64,000 nucleotides of DNA, taken from the NCBI RefSeq assembly GCF_006345805.1, contig NC_043000.1, positions 65,844,001 to 65,908,000 on the forward strand. Reading direction: 5' to 3'. Shown here in pieces: positions 40,572 through 53,183 of the stretch. Below the pieces are notes generated by a model. It saw only the letters and a program-made list of their open reading frames with translations, was not told the origin of the DNA and made no database searches. Source of the DNA: Octopus sinensis. Lineage: Eukaryota. A program made the translations under genes and the position numbers. Numbering within the stretch: the stretch's first letter is position 1; the number at the start of each line of letters is the position of its first letter.

Positions 40572-41055
40572 AGGTCACACAAAGCGAGAAAGCAACCATA
40601 CTCTGGGATATGCCAATACACACAGATACAGAAATTAAGGCCAACAGGCCAGATATAGTTCTCAGAGATCATGAAGAAAAAAATGTTTTCTAATTGATGT
40701 ATCAATACCAGTGTCTCTAAAAGAAATGGAGAAACTTTCAAAATACAAAGACCTGAAAATAGTGGTTACTCAAATATGGAATCTAAAAACAGAAACAATC
40801 CCTATCATATTAGGCGCATTAGGTATGATAAAAAAAGTATTCGGACAAATACATAACAAAAACACCAGGACTTACAAACACATATAACATACAAACATTG
40901 CACTACTGGGCACTACACACATCGTACGCAAAACACTTTCAATACAGTAACCATCAGAGCATCACAGTAAATCACAGCACATACCCAAGGCACACAGAGC
41001 TGCGCTCGGTAGTGAAGTGAAAGCACGCTATAAAAATAAAACTACTGAATAAAAT
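40572..41055 (+). mobile_element. R4/Dong family 1 3' fragment (RLE plus 3' UTR)
   Basis: KATILWDMPIHTDTEIKANRPDIV..LIDVSIP..KYKDL..LGALGMIK; same 3' UTR as 1790-1885; (AAT)n on both flanks. Confidence 0.9.
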
Positions 41056-41065
41056 AATAATAATG

Positions 41066-41143
<78 letters not shown>

Positions 41144-42994
41144 TGGTTAGGAACATTTCTTTCGAAGAGCTGCCGCACACTGCCACCCACCCTCCACCAT
41201 CTCTTTTTTGCGGATGACTTAAAATTAACCAATAGTCCACGTCTTGAAATTCACCTTTTTATTATTGTTATACAACATCCAGCCAAGCAACAGTTTTTAT
41301 GCTTCGCCTTCATGTTGTCTACACTTGTTCCTGCGGATGTCACCAAGGTCTTGGTAGTATTTACTGTTAATGTCTCCTACTGATTTTTTTTTTCAGATCA
41401 CTATTGTGGCTCGTTAAAGCTAAAAATTCTGAATCGATTATTTTCTCTACATTTTACATTGATCAATAGCTTTCATTACCTTCCTGTACCTGTAATTAAG
41501 ATATAGCTGTTTGGCTATACAACAGTAGAAAGTTAATAATACAACGAGACAGACTAGCAATTCAAATTTCGTGGAGAGGAAATAATACCGGATCTAGTTA
41601 ACTCTGCATTCTATAAGTACTTCAATGTCGACGGCCAACAACGCTGCGTGCGTGCGCGCGCGTATGTGTGCATGCATGTCAAAAATGAGAATGAGGAATG
41701 AGTATTTTGAAAGAAGAAAAATAATTCTAAAGATTTATTCAAATAAGCAAGAATACTAAAAATTTCACTTACATATTCGCATGAATTGCATTAGGCCTAG
41801 AACAGAACAGAATTAGAACATAGAAACTAGAAATCTATGATTAAAACTATTACATATTATAGAACACATCTGACATGCCACGAATGTACATTCCAAAAGA
41901 AGTGGCGACTACTATTAAACACCAAAAAAATAGTTTAACCCTCTGCCTGTCCGATGTATCATATGCGATACACAGTACATATTTCCCTGGAAGCCATGCA
42001 TTATATATGATGCACATTCCTAATTTTTTCAACTACCAGAATAAGCACTTCTGAAAGGAAAGTATTATAATACTCGGAACGTAGGAACCTAAGGCTAACT
42101 AAAAGACTTGAAAACAAGATGGGCGTTTAAGAGAAACTCATGAAAGTGCTTAAGGGTGGCAAAGGGTTAAAACAAACTAATTGCTGGTAGTAACTTCTAG
42201 TAACTTCTAGTAACTGCCCTCTGTCTCTAAATTATAAGTCGTCAGTGCAGAAAACGTACCTGCAGTCTGAGAGGCCGACTAGCCAAAATTATGAGCATCC
42301 TATGCAAGCTCTATACTCGTATGACCAAATGTTTTATCTACATGTGGCATGGATGAGCTAGTGCGACTTTGTACAAGTTCACTTTGAAACATTCAGGAAA
42401 TCCACAAAAATTGGAAGTCCTTGATCAGGTTTGAGAAGCTTTACACCTCTTCTTCGGTGAGTTACTTCCACACAGTTCGAACAGTTTCTAAGACATCATT
42501 CCAATTACGAACAAGAGGATACCAAAATTGCTAGATGTCTCATGAGGTTCCACGGCCAGAACCAGAAGTATAAGTTTCTACTCGGCTGAATTTGATTGAT
42601 GTGGTAGTGGTGGTGGTGGTGGTGGTGTTGCTGCTTCTGCTGGCGCCGGTGGTGCTGGTGATAGTGGGTCTGTGATACAAGCTTTTGCTCTTCTGTTGTT
42701 TTACTGAAGGGGAGATGCTGTCGTCGAACCTTCATTTTTTTTTTTTTTTTTACCTTACTTCTCTCGTTTGAAACACTATTAAATTAAATGTATTATTAAT
42801 GAGTAATTTCGGAGAATGAGAAGCGGACTACTAACTGACGAACACATTGTGTGCTAGACTAGTTCTCTGATAAGATTAACACAAAAAATTGTTGATGATT
42901 TGTATTAGTAAAACTGACATTATATATTATACCATTGAACGATGCAAAATTGTGGCTCACCGCTAAACAATGATTAAAATAGTAATAATAATAA

Positions 42995-43170
42995 TGGTTC
43001 GAATTTTGGCACAAAGCCAGCAATTTTGGGTACGGGGGTAAATCTATTACATCGATTCCAATATTCGACTGGTACTTATTTTATCGACTTTCGAAAGGAT
43101 GAAAGGCAAAGTCGACCTTGGCGGAATTTGAACTCAGAACGTAAAGACGGACGAAATACCGCTAAACTAT
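42995..43170 (-). mobile_element. SINE family A
   Basis: ctggtacttattttatcgac..ggcaaagtcgaccttggcggaatttgaactcagaacgtaaagacggacgaaataccgct. Confidence 0.85.
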
Positions 43171-43204
43171 TGACAGCTTAGGAATACTGGTAGTTACGTA
43201 CAGT

Positions 43205-43440
43205 TTCAAAATAATTAGATGGAAATTGAATGACTTCAAGAGAATGGACACCAAGACAACAAAGATACTGACCTTAGAGAAGACGCACTGATCGAAAGCG
43301 GAAGTCGACAAGCATTACCTATTAAAAGCTTTAAGATCGTGAGACCCAGTTCAACTTGAACTGAAGTTTCAAAGCTACCACAACTGAGTTGGATGTATAT
43401 CTAACAAAAGCAGAAAACCCACAATACATACCGGAAGCCC
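43205..43440 (+). mobile_element. Old R4/Dong-like fragment
   Basis: IRWKLNDFKRMDTKTTKILT..KAEVDK remnant. Confidence 0.5.
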
Positions 43441-43628
43441 CATTTCCAGTAATCTTGCACAAAGCTATCCCGTCCTATTATTCAGACATATATCCACTTC
43501 CTTGGGAATAGTGAAATGATTATGTAAATAAAAACAACAAAAATAACATAAAATGAAAACCAGAAACACTTCCGAAAAAGATTATAATGTAAATTGATAT
43601 GTATATCAATAATTTTAATGTACACACA

Positions 43629-43734
<106 letters not shown>

Positions 43735-43749
43735 CATATATACATGTAT

Positions 43750-44170
43750 AGGCGCAGGAGTGGCTGTTTGGTAAGTAGCTTGCTAACCAACCACATGGTT
43801 CCGGGTTCAGTCCCACTGCGTGGCATCTTGGGCACGTGTCTTCTGCTATAGCCCCGGGCCGACCAATGCCTTGTGAGTGGATTTGGTAGACGGAAACTGA
43901 AAGAAGCCTGTCGTATATATGTATATATATATATATAAGTGTGTGTGAATATGTTTGTGTGTCTGTGTTTGTTCCCCTAGCATTGCTTGACAACCGATGC
44001 TGGTGTGTTTACGTCCCCGTAACTTAGCGGTTCGGCAAAAGAGACCGATAGAATAAGTACTGGGCTTACAAAGAATAAGTCCCGGGGTCGATTTGCTCGA
44101 CTAAAGGCGGTGCTCCAGCATGGCCGCAGTCAAATGACTGAAACAAGTAAAAAGAGTAAAAAAAGAGTAA
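43750..44170 (+). mobile_element. SINE family C, full length (tRNA-like head, CORE-like segment, internal microsatellite)
   Basis: Head ggcgcaggagtggctgtttggtaag (A box) and ggttccgggttcagtccc (B box); cttgggca CORE-like segment; tail cagcatggccgcagtcaaatgactgaaac plus (aaagagt)n. Confidence 0.9.
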
Positions 44171-44261
44171 TATGAGAGAGAAAGAGAGAGAGGCAGTTGT
44201 GTGTATAAACAAATTAAAAATAACAGCTTGCGTTTGATATACAATATATATATATATACGT

Positions 44262-44645
44262 GTGTATACATGCAAAATGAGAGAAAGCAAAGCCTTTCAG
44301 ACGATTAATATTCATAAATAAATATATAGATATTTATATTAATAAATCAAACTTACACTGTAAAAAAAACGACCGAGACAGAGGCTTGATTCATCCAATG
44401 TTTATTTGCTTCCATTACGGCCTGCATATTGGGCTGAACTATATCTACAAATATTATGATGGACCTCCGAGCTCCCACAAACAGCTATCGAACTTATAAC
44501 ACCTTACCTCTTCCAATTTAATTTTCTCTGTCCTTCGTATTAGGTGTAATTTTGATCTATTAATATAAATATCTATATATTTATATTTAGATATTCATCG
44601 TCTGAAAGTCATCAGACTTTGCTTTCTCTCGTTTTCCATAATACA
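44262..44645. mobile_element. MITE-like element with TIRs of about 100 bp
   Basis: 44262-44358 is an inverted match to 44544-44645 (gagaaagcaaag..tatagatatttatattaata..ttacac); TA-rich flanks. Confidence 0.65.
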
Positions 44646-44863
44646 TATATACGCATTTTGTATGTTAAACCCAAACTGTTATATTTAATTTGTTTACCCA
44701 AATAATTCCCTGCATATCTGCTCACTTGATTCCACTTATAGCCACTCTTTACTCCGCAGAATTGGTCCCTCGGGAAGATATCGGAGTTCGAATCATTTGA
44801 GCGCTACAAAGTGTTTTCTATATTGAGAATCTCTGGTTCTCATCTGTATACATACATATATAT

Positions 44864-44944
<81 letters not shown>

Positions 44945-46899
44945 AAATGTAATGAAAAGCAAGTTAGGCAAGTCGATTTAACAGAATAGTAAATACATTT
45001 AATGGAAACAAATGTGTATGGATATAAAATAATTCGACTTACAGAATATAAAAATATATCAGGAGTTAAATGGGTGAAGTTTTACGAGTCCAACAGCTGT
45101 TTGTCGGGACTTGGTGGTCCGGAATAATGATAGTTACTTTAATCCATTATCGGATAACACCGCATCCGTCTTCAGGGGAGAATTTTACATTTGAGATGTT
45201 GACAGGATGGAGTTTAAGGATGGAAACATATACATGTACATTTTTTGTTCTATTAAATATATTTAATATTCTGTGTAGATCGACTTGCCTGACTTGCTTC
45301 TCATTACATTTACTCATCTACCGGCTCAAGTCCAAATCTCTTGAGCACTTCAAGGAGGAGTCTCTTACAGTGAAGATGTGTTCGTATGAAGAGTTAATTT
45401 TGGAAATCTTTTGGTTTAGGAACATACAAAATGAAACGGCATTGAAATTGAAACCAACAATAATAGAAATTGCACAAAAAATTATTTGGCTCTTCTGATT
45501 TATAATAAATGTCTCATTTTCATCAATGTTACCTTAATAAGTTAACAAAATGATGCTATTGAAAAACAAAAAGAGAAATCAATAAGGTACTTTTATGCAT
45601 TAACTTATTATTTCGGATAAGGATAGCCAACTTATTTTTGTACATTCCCCATTATTATTGGTTTCATTTTCGCTGAGATTTTACTCATGTCTCTAAAGTG
45701 AAAGATCGCCTTAATTTTTCGGATTTTCTTTTTGTTTTCAATTGTTTGCAGTTAATATTTTTTGATGTATTAGAATTTATTGTTCATTTTTTGAAAATAT
45801 TTAAAATTGTTTCTATCGTTAATTTTTTCGAGGTATTTTTTGTTGGTATTGTTATTTTCATGTTGTTTAAAATTAAATATAAATTTGGCTGATGTTGTTT
45901 ACCATACCGTTTCCACTTACGCCAAAATATTTTCATTGATGACAGTGATTTAGTACCTGTCACTGTTGCTGGAACTATTCTGTAGCTTTAGCGTTCATTT
46001 TCGCTGATTTTTATCATTTAGGTTGTTTATGACCACCAATTTTCAGCTATCTCTGCATTAGTTGTTATTTCAGTGAACGTCTACTACCATAAGTTCGCGG
46101 CTGTAAATAGGTGAATGTAAATAAAAATCGGAAAAAATGTCAAAATAAAGAAAATATACTCAAGGGTCATCACTAACAACAGCACATCTTAACTTCAATC
46201 CAAAATACTTTCTTCTGTCGTAAAATGGTTTGGGTAGTTACATCTGCAGACACCATTTTGTTAAACAAAAGTGAAAGTTACAAGCTCAAATATCATCATA
46301 AGATTGTTTGAAGTCGAGGGATATCCATGAAATAGGTAATTTCTCTGCAAGCTATTATTTTTGTCTGAAGCATTTTTTACGCTTCTTCGTTTCCCATAAA
46401 AGTGAAACATAATTTCGAAGAAAAGTAATTTTTTAGAAATGATTTCCTTAATCTGTAATCCTTGATTTGCTATTAATTGCTCGAACTGTTTTTCATTAAC
46501 ATTTGTTTAACTTTGACAGCAGGCCTACTTTTATGCCCCAATCGTAACAGAGGTACGCTTAAACTGTCTAGTTTAATATGCATATGACAGAATTAAACGA
46601 AATGAGTCTACATGGCAGTTATCAGTTCCTGTTTCCTTTTCTTGCTTTTTGGGGGTGGGTGGGATGTCTTAGATTATTTTCTTTTTGCTTCTATTCAGAT
46701 TATATTCACTCTCAGAATATCCAGCATGCTACAGAAAATTCAGTTATCTGGAACACAGAAGAGAAAATTTTCCAAAAATAGAAGTGAAAAAAAATATGTT
46801 GCTATATTGGTAAAGACACAACGCCTTACAGTTTTTTTTTTGTTTTTTTTTTTGCTTCAAAAAAGGAAATTTTCGAAACTAAAGATGAAGATTCAGTGC

Positions 46900-48950
46900 C
46901 AGAAGAACTAGCCGCATTCACAAATACATCTGCAGCAAATAGGAGTAATGTGTTGACTAAAAATATTTAAGATGAAGAATTGCTACATCTTACTAACAAG
47001 ATAATGAAGCGCTATCATGGTCTAGACCAAGCCATGTGGTTTTCTGCAAAAGAAAAGTATGTGTTCATTTTGAGGATCAAAATAAGTTATGCCTTCGTCT
47101 CCTACCCAGATTCTCGACACCATTATCAATCAAGTGAACACTAGCTGGATGAACACTTTCATCATTTTAAAACTTTGATGTTTTATATCAATTATAACAA
47201 TAGCAAGTTGCTTTTGAGATTGTGGCTCCCGTGCAACCCAACAAAGGGTGCAGTTTATTGCTTTTACTGTACTTAGATGTGAAGCCCATGTGACAGGTTT
47301 TTCAATCAGGATAGTTTTAACGACTGGGAAAAGGTAGAGGAGAAAATGAAAACGCGTGAACGAAGCCAAGGCCACAGAGATTCTGTAATGAAGTTCAAAC
47401 TTTTATGTAGGGAATCTTCTCGTGTTAACATGGAGTGGGGAAATATGAGCTGGAAAACGTGAAATACTTGACTGAATCATTGCACTGTATTGTGGCCGGA
47501 TCAATATTTCTAGCCGGAAAAAGAACCTGACGTTTAAGCGTAATAGAGAAACTAAATGATCTAAGTATAAAGGGAATTCTTTTAAGAATTAAGGTACTTG
47601 TTACACAATTTGATCCATTTCTGATGCGTTACTTGAAAGGAATTAGTTATGCCGAAAGTGAGAAGTGACCGTACTCATCACCCACCGTCTACAAAGAAAT
47701 TGTTCTGTTAATAGTAAAATATGTTATGTATCATATTGTAGGAGAACTTAAAACTGCCAAGTTTTTGTCATGTACATTCAACACCCGAACAGGTTCATGC
47801 TAACCAGCTAACAGTTATTGTATGTTATGATGTTTCATGGAAGCTGACTGAATGATTTTTAACTTTCGTGTAGACTAGTTCTCACAAAGCTGAAATGCTA
47901 GCTATATCTCTCCTAAAATTTCTGAAAAAAGAGGGAGAATAAATTTTGGAGACTGTAGGGATCAGTCGTATGACAACGTCAGTAATATGTCCGCTCGCTG
48001 AACAGGAATGCAAGCCGAACTTAAAGAAAAGAACTTGGCTGCAATTTTCTTTTCCTATGCAGCTCATTTGTTGACTGTTGTAGGACAAGCTATCGCTTCT
48101 TGCCTTGTTGAATCTGTTAGCTATTTTGGATTCATACAAATGTTATACACCTTTTATTCTACGTCGACACACAGATGGGTAAATTTAATGAAAGCTTTGG
48201 AATGAAACAAAAGAGCACTAACTTCGAAATGTTTGTCAGATACACGTTGGTCAGATACACGCTGCTACTGAAGCCCTCGTTGATGGATATAACTACATTC
48301 AAAATGTAGCCAAATATATTGAAGACGATATAACACAAACATCTGAAGCAAGATGTAAAGGTCAGACGTTGGCAGACAGAATGGATTGTCTTAAAACTGC
48401 TCTGATGGTTATGAATTGGCATTTAATTCTTGTACAGTTTAACAGTATAAATAAAGCTCTTCAAGGGGTTGAAGATGATTTGAATAAAGTGATGGATCTA
48501 ATTGATTCTTTGGAAAGCTTTCTGAAATCACTTCAGAATAGGTATGAAGAGTTGGAACTGAATGCCAGGAACACGTGTGAAAACACAATCTACAAAACAA
48601 CAAACAAGAACGAGCAACAAATATGCTACAATTCCAGCACGAGCCTCAGGGGAAGTTATCCTTTCTGCGAGAGAAAAATTCAGATGCAGAACTTACAATA
48701 TTACTTTAGATCAGTTGTCCGTTGTTTTACAGAAACACAGGTTTGCATATCAATTAGCGCACGACAAATTCAAATACAGTGAATTTGTGTAGTTTACCTG
48801 ATATAGAGATAGAAACTGAAACTGGGAAACTCGTCATCGCTTTCTCCTGTGATTTCAATTTTGGAAGGCCGAACTTGAAATTTCCCAAGGTTGAAATCCA
48901 GTCTGTTAGTTTGCTGCTCATGATGATAGAAAATGTTTGACGTTTAGAGG
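46900..48950 (+). pseudogene. hAT Tip100/ZMYM1-like transposase remnant
   Basis: FNDW, TQFDPFL, STPEQVHANQLTVI, QSYDNVSNMS..GMQA, AAHLLTVVG, STSTHRW, CLSDTRWS, NKALQG, FPKVEI; many stops. Confidence 0.85.
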
Positions 48951-48995
48951 CTACATGCGCACGTGCACACGCACGCACACACACACACACACACG

Positions 48996-49038
<43 letters not shown>

Positions 49039-49164
49039 AAATGCCACCGCATTGGTGGATAAAGATTCTTTATTTGTGTATTGTATTTTTATATGTATAG
49101 ATGTATAAGATTGCGTTGTCTAATGTGTTTTCTCCTAATTTCAGATGATAGGATATGAACCGAG

Positions 49165-49310
49165 AGAAATTTGGCTGCTATTTCTAGCAGACTACTTGAC
49201 CACCCAGAAGTTTTTTCTCAATGCACAAAGTAAACTATGTTATTTGACTCTAGATCAGTCTTGTTCTAAGAGACCTCTGCTGAAAGGTGTGACTATCTCG
49301 TCTTTCTGTG
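49165..49310 (-). mobile_element. SINE-like family B (only minus-strand copy seen)
   Basis: atttggctgctatttctagcag is the reverse complement of the family B head. Confidence 0.5.
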
Positions 49311-49498
49311 GCTACCAATCGTGACTCCCAATTTTTTGTATAACAGAAATTACATTGTCCGGTGTATGATTTGAGAAAGTGCATCCATCGTAAAGCTTCC
49401 TTCTTCAATATCCAGATCAGTCTACATTGACGTCACTTTACACGAGGGAAATATTATCAAATAGCGATGAACTAGATAGAACGGGTGATGCTCTAATC

Positions 49499-49612
49499 TG
49501 CTCTTGTCTGCTCTCGTCTGCTCTTGTATGTTCTTGTCTGTTCTTGTCTGCTCTCGTCTGCTCTTGTCTGCTCTCGTCTGGTCTTGTCTACTCTCGTCTG
49601 CTCTCGTCTGCC
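49499..49612. repeat. 10-bp minisatellite (CTGCTCTYGT) x about 11
   Basis: Direct tandem decamers. Confidence 0.9.
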
Positions 49613-49621
49613 AGAAGACAA

Positions 49622-49664
<43 letters not shown>

Positions 49665-50054
49665 TCTCTTTCACTCTCTTTCTCTCATCCTCTTTCTCTC
49701 TCCCCTTCTCTCCTTCTCTTTCCTTCTATTTCATTCCTTCAAAGAGATAGTGAGCATAAGAGACGTTGTAAGGTTTGAGCTGAAGAGGGTGTGTGTTACA
49801 GGTGATGAGATGAAAGTTTGGCAGTATTTCTAATATGTATATAAATATACTTGCATAATCCCCAGTATACTGAGGATGGCAGTGTTTCTGATTGTAGGAT
49901 CATAAAAACCAGACATGAGCTTTCAGTATCAATCAACGTTCTTTTGTGATAAGAGAAAGGAAAAACTTTTGAAGTGGCTGCACACTATAAGAAAAGTCGT
50001 AAACAGCAATCCTTCGTATACATAACACACTGCGACACAAACTAACGCGAGAAC

Positions 50055-50260
50055 GTCTACGTAGTTATTCGACTTATTGAAAATAGCAATTAAATCTCTC
50101 ACGACTCAAGTCCTTGTCGTCTTGAAAAAAGAAAGAAAGAAAACAGGATACATTGAAGAATGTACTCCTAGATCTCTCTAAAAAGATGCGATGGTCATGG
50201 CTGGTATACTTTTGACTGTATACTTACTTAATCAAGTTTGACCTGGAGCTAACAGCAACA
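50055..50260 (+). mobile_element. SINE-like family B
   Basis: gaaaatagcaattaaatctc..gtcttgaaaa..gatggtcatggctgg..tgacctggagctaacagcaac. Confidence 0.65.
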
Positions 50261-50759
50261 TCCCAGAAAATATCGGAATATTCTGTAGTGTAGGCTGTTT
50301 TATTAAAAAATCTATATTTAGCTACACTGCATACGGGTTGATATCGATTCTTTGAGTTCTGTCCATAGTACCCGAATGTAATATCTCCTAATATTAATTA
50401 AACAAAGATCTTTGATAGAAAATTATTGTGCACCAATATTATTATTTCTGACCATCCAATATATCAAACCATCAAAAATAAACCAACAAACCAACAAACA
50501 AACAAATAAATAAATTAGAAGCTCCTTGTGATATAGTTTGCTTTATTGCTTCTATGAATGTCCATTCTGGAATGTCGGAATCTATTGAAACCCAGGAATC
50601 CAGATAGTTGGGTTTTTTGTTTTGTGTGTGTGTGCCAATGATAACAGTGGGACTTGATGCAGCTGTTCGACTTGCTAGAGATAGCAACCAAATTACTTTC
50701 AACGGAAATCCACCACCTTGATAATTCGAACTGTATATTATCTATTATCATTTACTTGA

Positions 50760-50952
50760 ACTTTCCATTGGACTACGGCTATGCTGGGGCACTGCCTTGA
50801 AAGATTTCAGTCCAACGATCGCCCCCAGTACTTTTTTTAAGCCTGGTACCTATTCTATTGGTTTCTTATGCCGAACCGCTAAGTTACACCAGTTATAAAG
50901 TGGTGTTGGTTTTTTACGCACACGCACATACATTCGTGCGCGTGCACATACA

Positions 50953-50993
<41 letters not shown>

Positions 50994-51190
50994 ACACACA
51001 CACATACACACACACATACACACACACATACACACACGTAGACCTCTTTTAGTGTCCGTCAACCAAATTCACTTTGGTCGGCAACCAGGGTCTATAGTAG
51101 AATATACTAACCCAGAGTGTCACGTAATGTGACTGAACCCGGAACCATGTGATCGGGAAGCAAACTTTTTACCACACAGCCACGGCTTGC
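50760..51190 (-). mobile_element. SINE family C, decayed full length
   Basis: gactgaacccggaaccatgtg..ttaccacacagccac head and gccgaaccgctaagttac body in reverse orientation. Confidence 0.75.
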
Positions 51191-51477
51191 TTCTTGAACA
51201 GAATTTATCCAGATAGCAAACACCAGGCTACTATCCATCCGAAAAAATGTTTTTGATTCCTCCTCCATCACTACCCTACAGCAGTTCAGAACCAGTGAGT
51301 GCCGCACGGAACAGCGCTAGAGCTTGCCACTTGCCTCGTGTCACCCCCAACCTATACAAGCTTATGCAGCAGACCAAAAGTGTTACCACCATAAAAGAGT
51401 CGCCCGGGACAGACCGCCTCTCTCGACCCTCTTCTAGCTACGCAACTGCTCCACTCGCCTTTTAATTATTTATGACG

Positions 51478-51615
51478 AGGCGCAGAGTGGATGTGCAGTA
51501 AGAAGCTTACTTTCCAACCACATGGTTCGAGGGTTTAGTCCCACTGGGAGGCAACTAGGGCCAACCAAAGCCTTGTTAGTGGAACTGGTAGACAGAAACT
51601 GAAAGAAGCCCGTTC
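51478..51615 (+). mobile_element. SINE family C 5' part
   Basis: ggcgcagagtggatgtgcagtaagaagcttactttccaaccacatggtt..aaactgaaagaagcccg. Confidence 0.8.
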
Positions 51616-51624
51616 TAAATGATG

Positions 51625-51962
51625 ATCAACTAATTTCCGAGGTAGTCTCGGCACCAGACGCAACCTACCGACTTCTACAGACGAGGTCTCCAAAGTTGCA
51701 TAAAGCATTGATGGTGGCTATGTAGAGAAGGACCAATAATTATGCCAAGTTTTATTTATCCCAGTCCTTAGGAAGTGGGTCAAGGGAAATCTTTAATGAA
51801 CACACCCCGTATTATTTGCAAAGAAATACCCGGGAGTTGGTAGTTTATCTGGAATCCGTTGAAGATATTCGTCCTGGAGTCGTTAAAAATTTTAAGGGAT
51901 CTTTTTCTTATTGGTATGAATTCATAGTCTGGATATAGAAGCTGGAGGTTTCGAAGCAGCTG
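51625..51962 (-). mobile_element. RLE-type LINE 3' fragment next to (CATA)n
   Basis: QLLRNLQLLYPDYEFIPI resembles the RLE C-terminus of R4/Dong-like ORFs. Confidence 0.45.
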
Positions 51963-52039
51963 TATGTATGTATGTATGTATGTATGTATGTATGTATTAT
52001 GTATGTATGTATGTATGTATGTATGTATGTATGTATGTG

Positions 52040-52078
<39 letters not shown>

Positions 52079-52306
52079 GTATATTCTGGGCGCTCTACGG
52101 TTAATACAAAAATGTAAACCGTTTAAAAAAAGGAACTAAAATGCAAAATTATGCGCAAACGAAATCATTTACGAGAAAAATAAAATGCGATAGAAATACT
52201 TTCCTAGAAATGGTTATGATAACAATAGGAAATCTTTCAGATGTTTGTTAAATAACAATTGTTGGTAGCGCAGAGTGCATGCAAATAACTACCACTAATT
52301 GTTCTG

Positions 52307-52407
<101 letters not shown>

Positions 52408-52479
52408 GTTGTTGTGTTGCTGCTGCTGCTGCTGCTGCAGTAGTAGTGGTGGTGATTAGTTTTGTCGTTGCTGTTAATC

Positions 52480-52550
52480 CAGGACCGGATTAAGCTAGTG
52501 CAAGGCCTGAAATATATTTCAAAAAGAGGTCCCTAATATTTTTTTCATTT
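52480..52550 (+). mobile_element. Tip100-like hAT terminal remnant
   Basis: caggaccggattaag, similar to CAGGGCCGGATTAA-type TIRs. Confidence 0.35.
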
Positions 52551-52744
52551 TTAACGCAATCTAAATTTAATAAATAAATAAATATATAAATAAATAAATA
52601 AATGCATAAAAAGCTATTTATCGAAAAATTATTCTTGTTATTCTTCCAACTACACATTCAATGAGCAATGTATATAGATCAGCTATCACAGTAGGCGTTG
52701 AGATACAGAAATTAATACAAAGTTTCTACAGTTTATCATCGTCC

Positions 52745-52783
52745 TGATCGTCATCACCATTATTATCATCATTATTATTATCA

Positions 52784-52843
<60 letters not shown>

Positions 52844-52844
52844 G

Positions 52845-52895
<51 letters not shown>

Positions 52896-52921
52896 CATTA
52901 TTATTATTATCATTATCATCA

Positions 52922-52961
<40 letters not shown>

Positions 52962-53021
52962 CATTATCATCATCATATTATTATTATTATTATTATTATT
53001 ATTATCATATCATCATCATCA

Positions 53022-53068
<47 letters not shown>

Positions 53069-53123
53069 ATTATCATCATCATTATTATTATTATTATTAT
53101 TATTATCATTATCATCATCATCA

Positions 53124-53182
<59 letters not shown>

Positions 53183-53183
53183 T
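52745..53183. repeat. (ATT)n/(ATC)n compound microsatellite
   Basis: Direct repeats. Confidence 0.95.

Noticed and set aside
45130-45180. Minus-strand CTGAAGA-cggat..atccg motif
   Set aside because: GAAA is replaced by GATAA and no stem I can form.
45070-45498. 142-aa ORF on +
   Set aside because: No recognisable domain, motif or splice support; compatible with chance.
49428-49435. TGACGTCA (CRE) site
   Set aside because: A single 8-mer is expected by chance in 64 kb.
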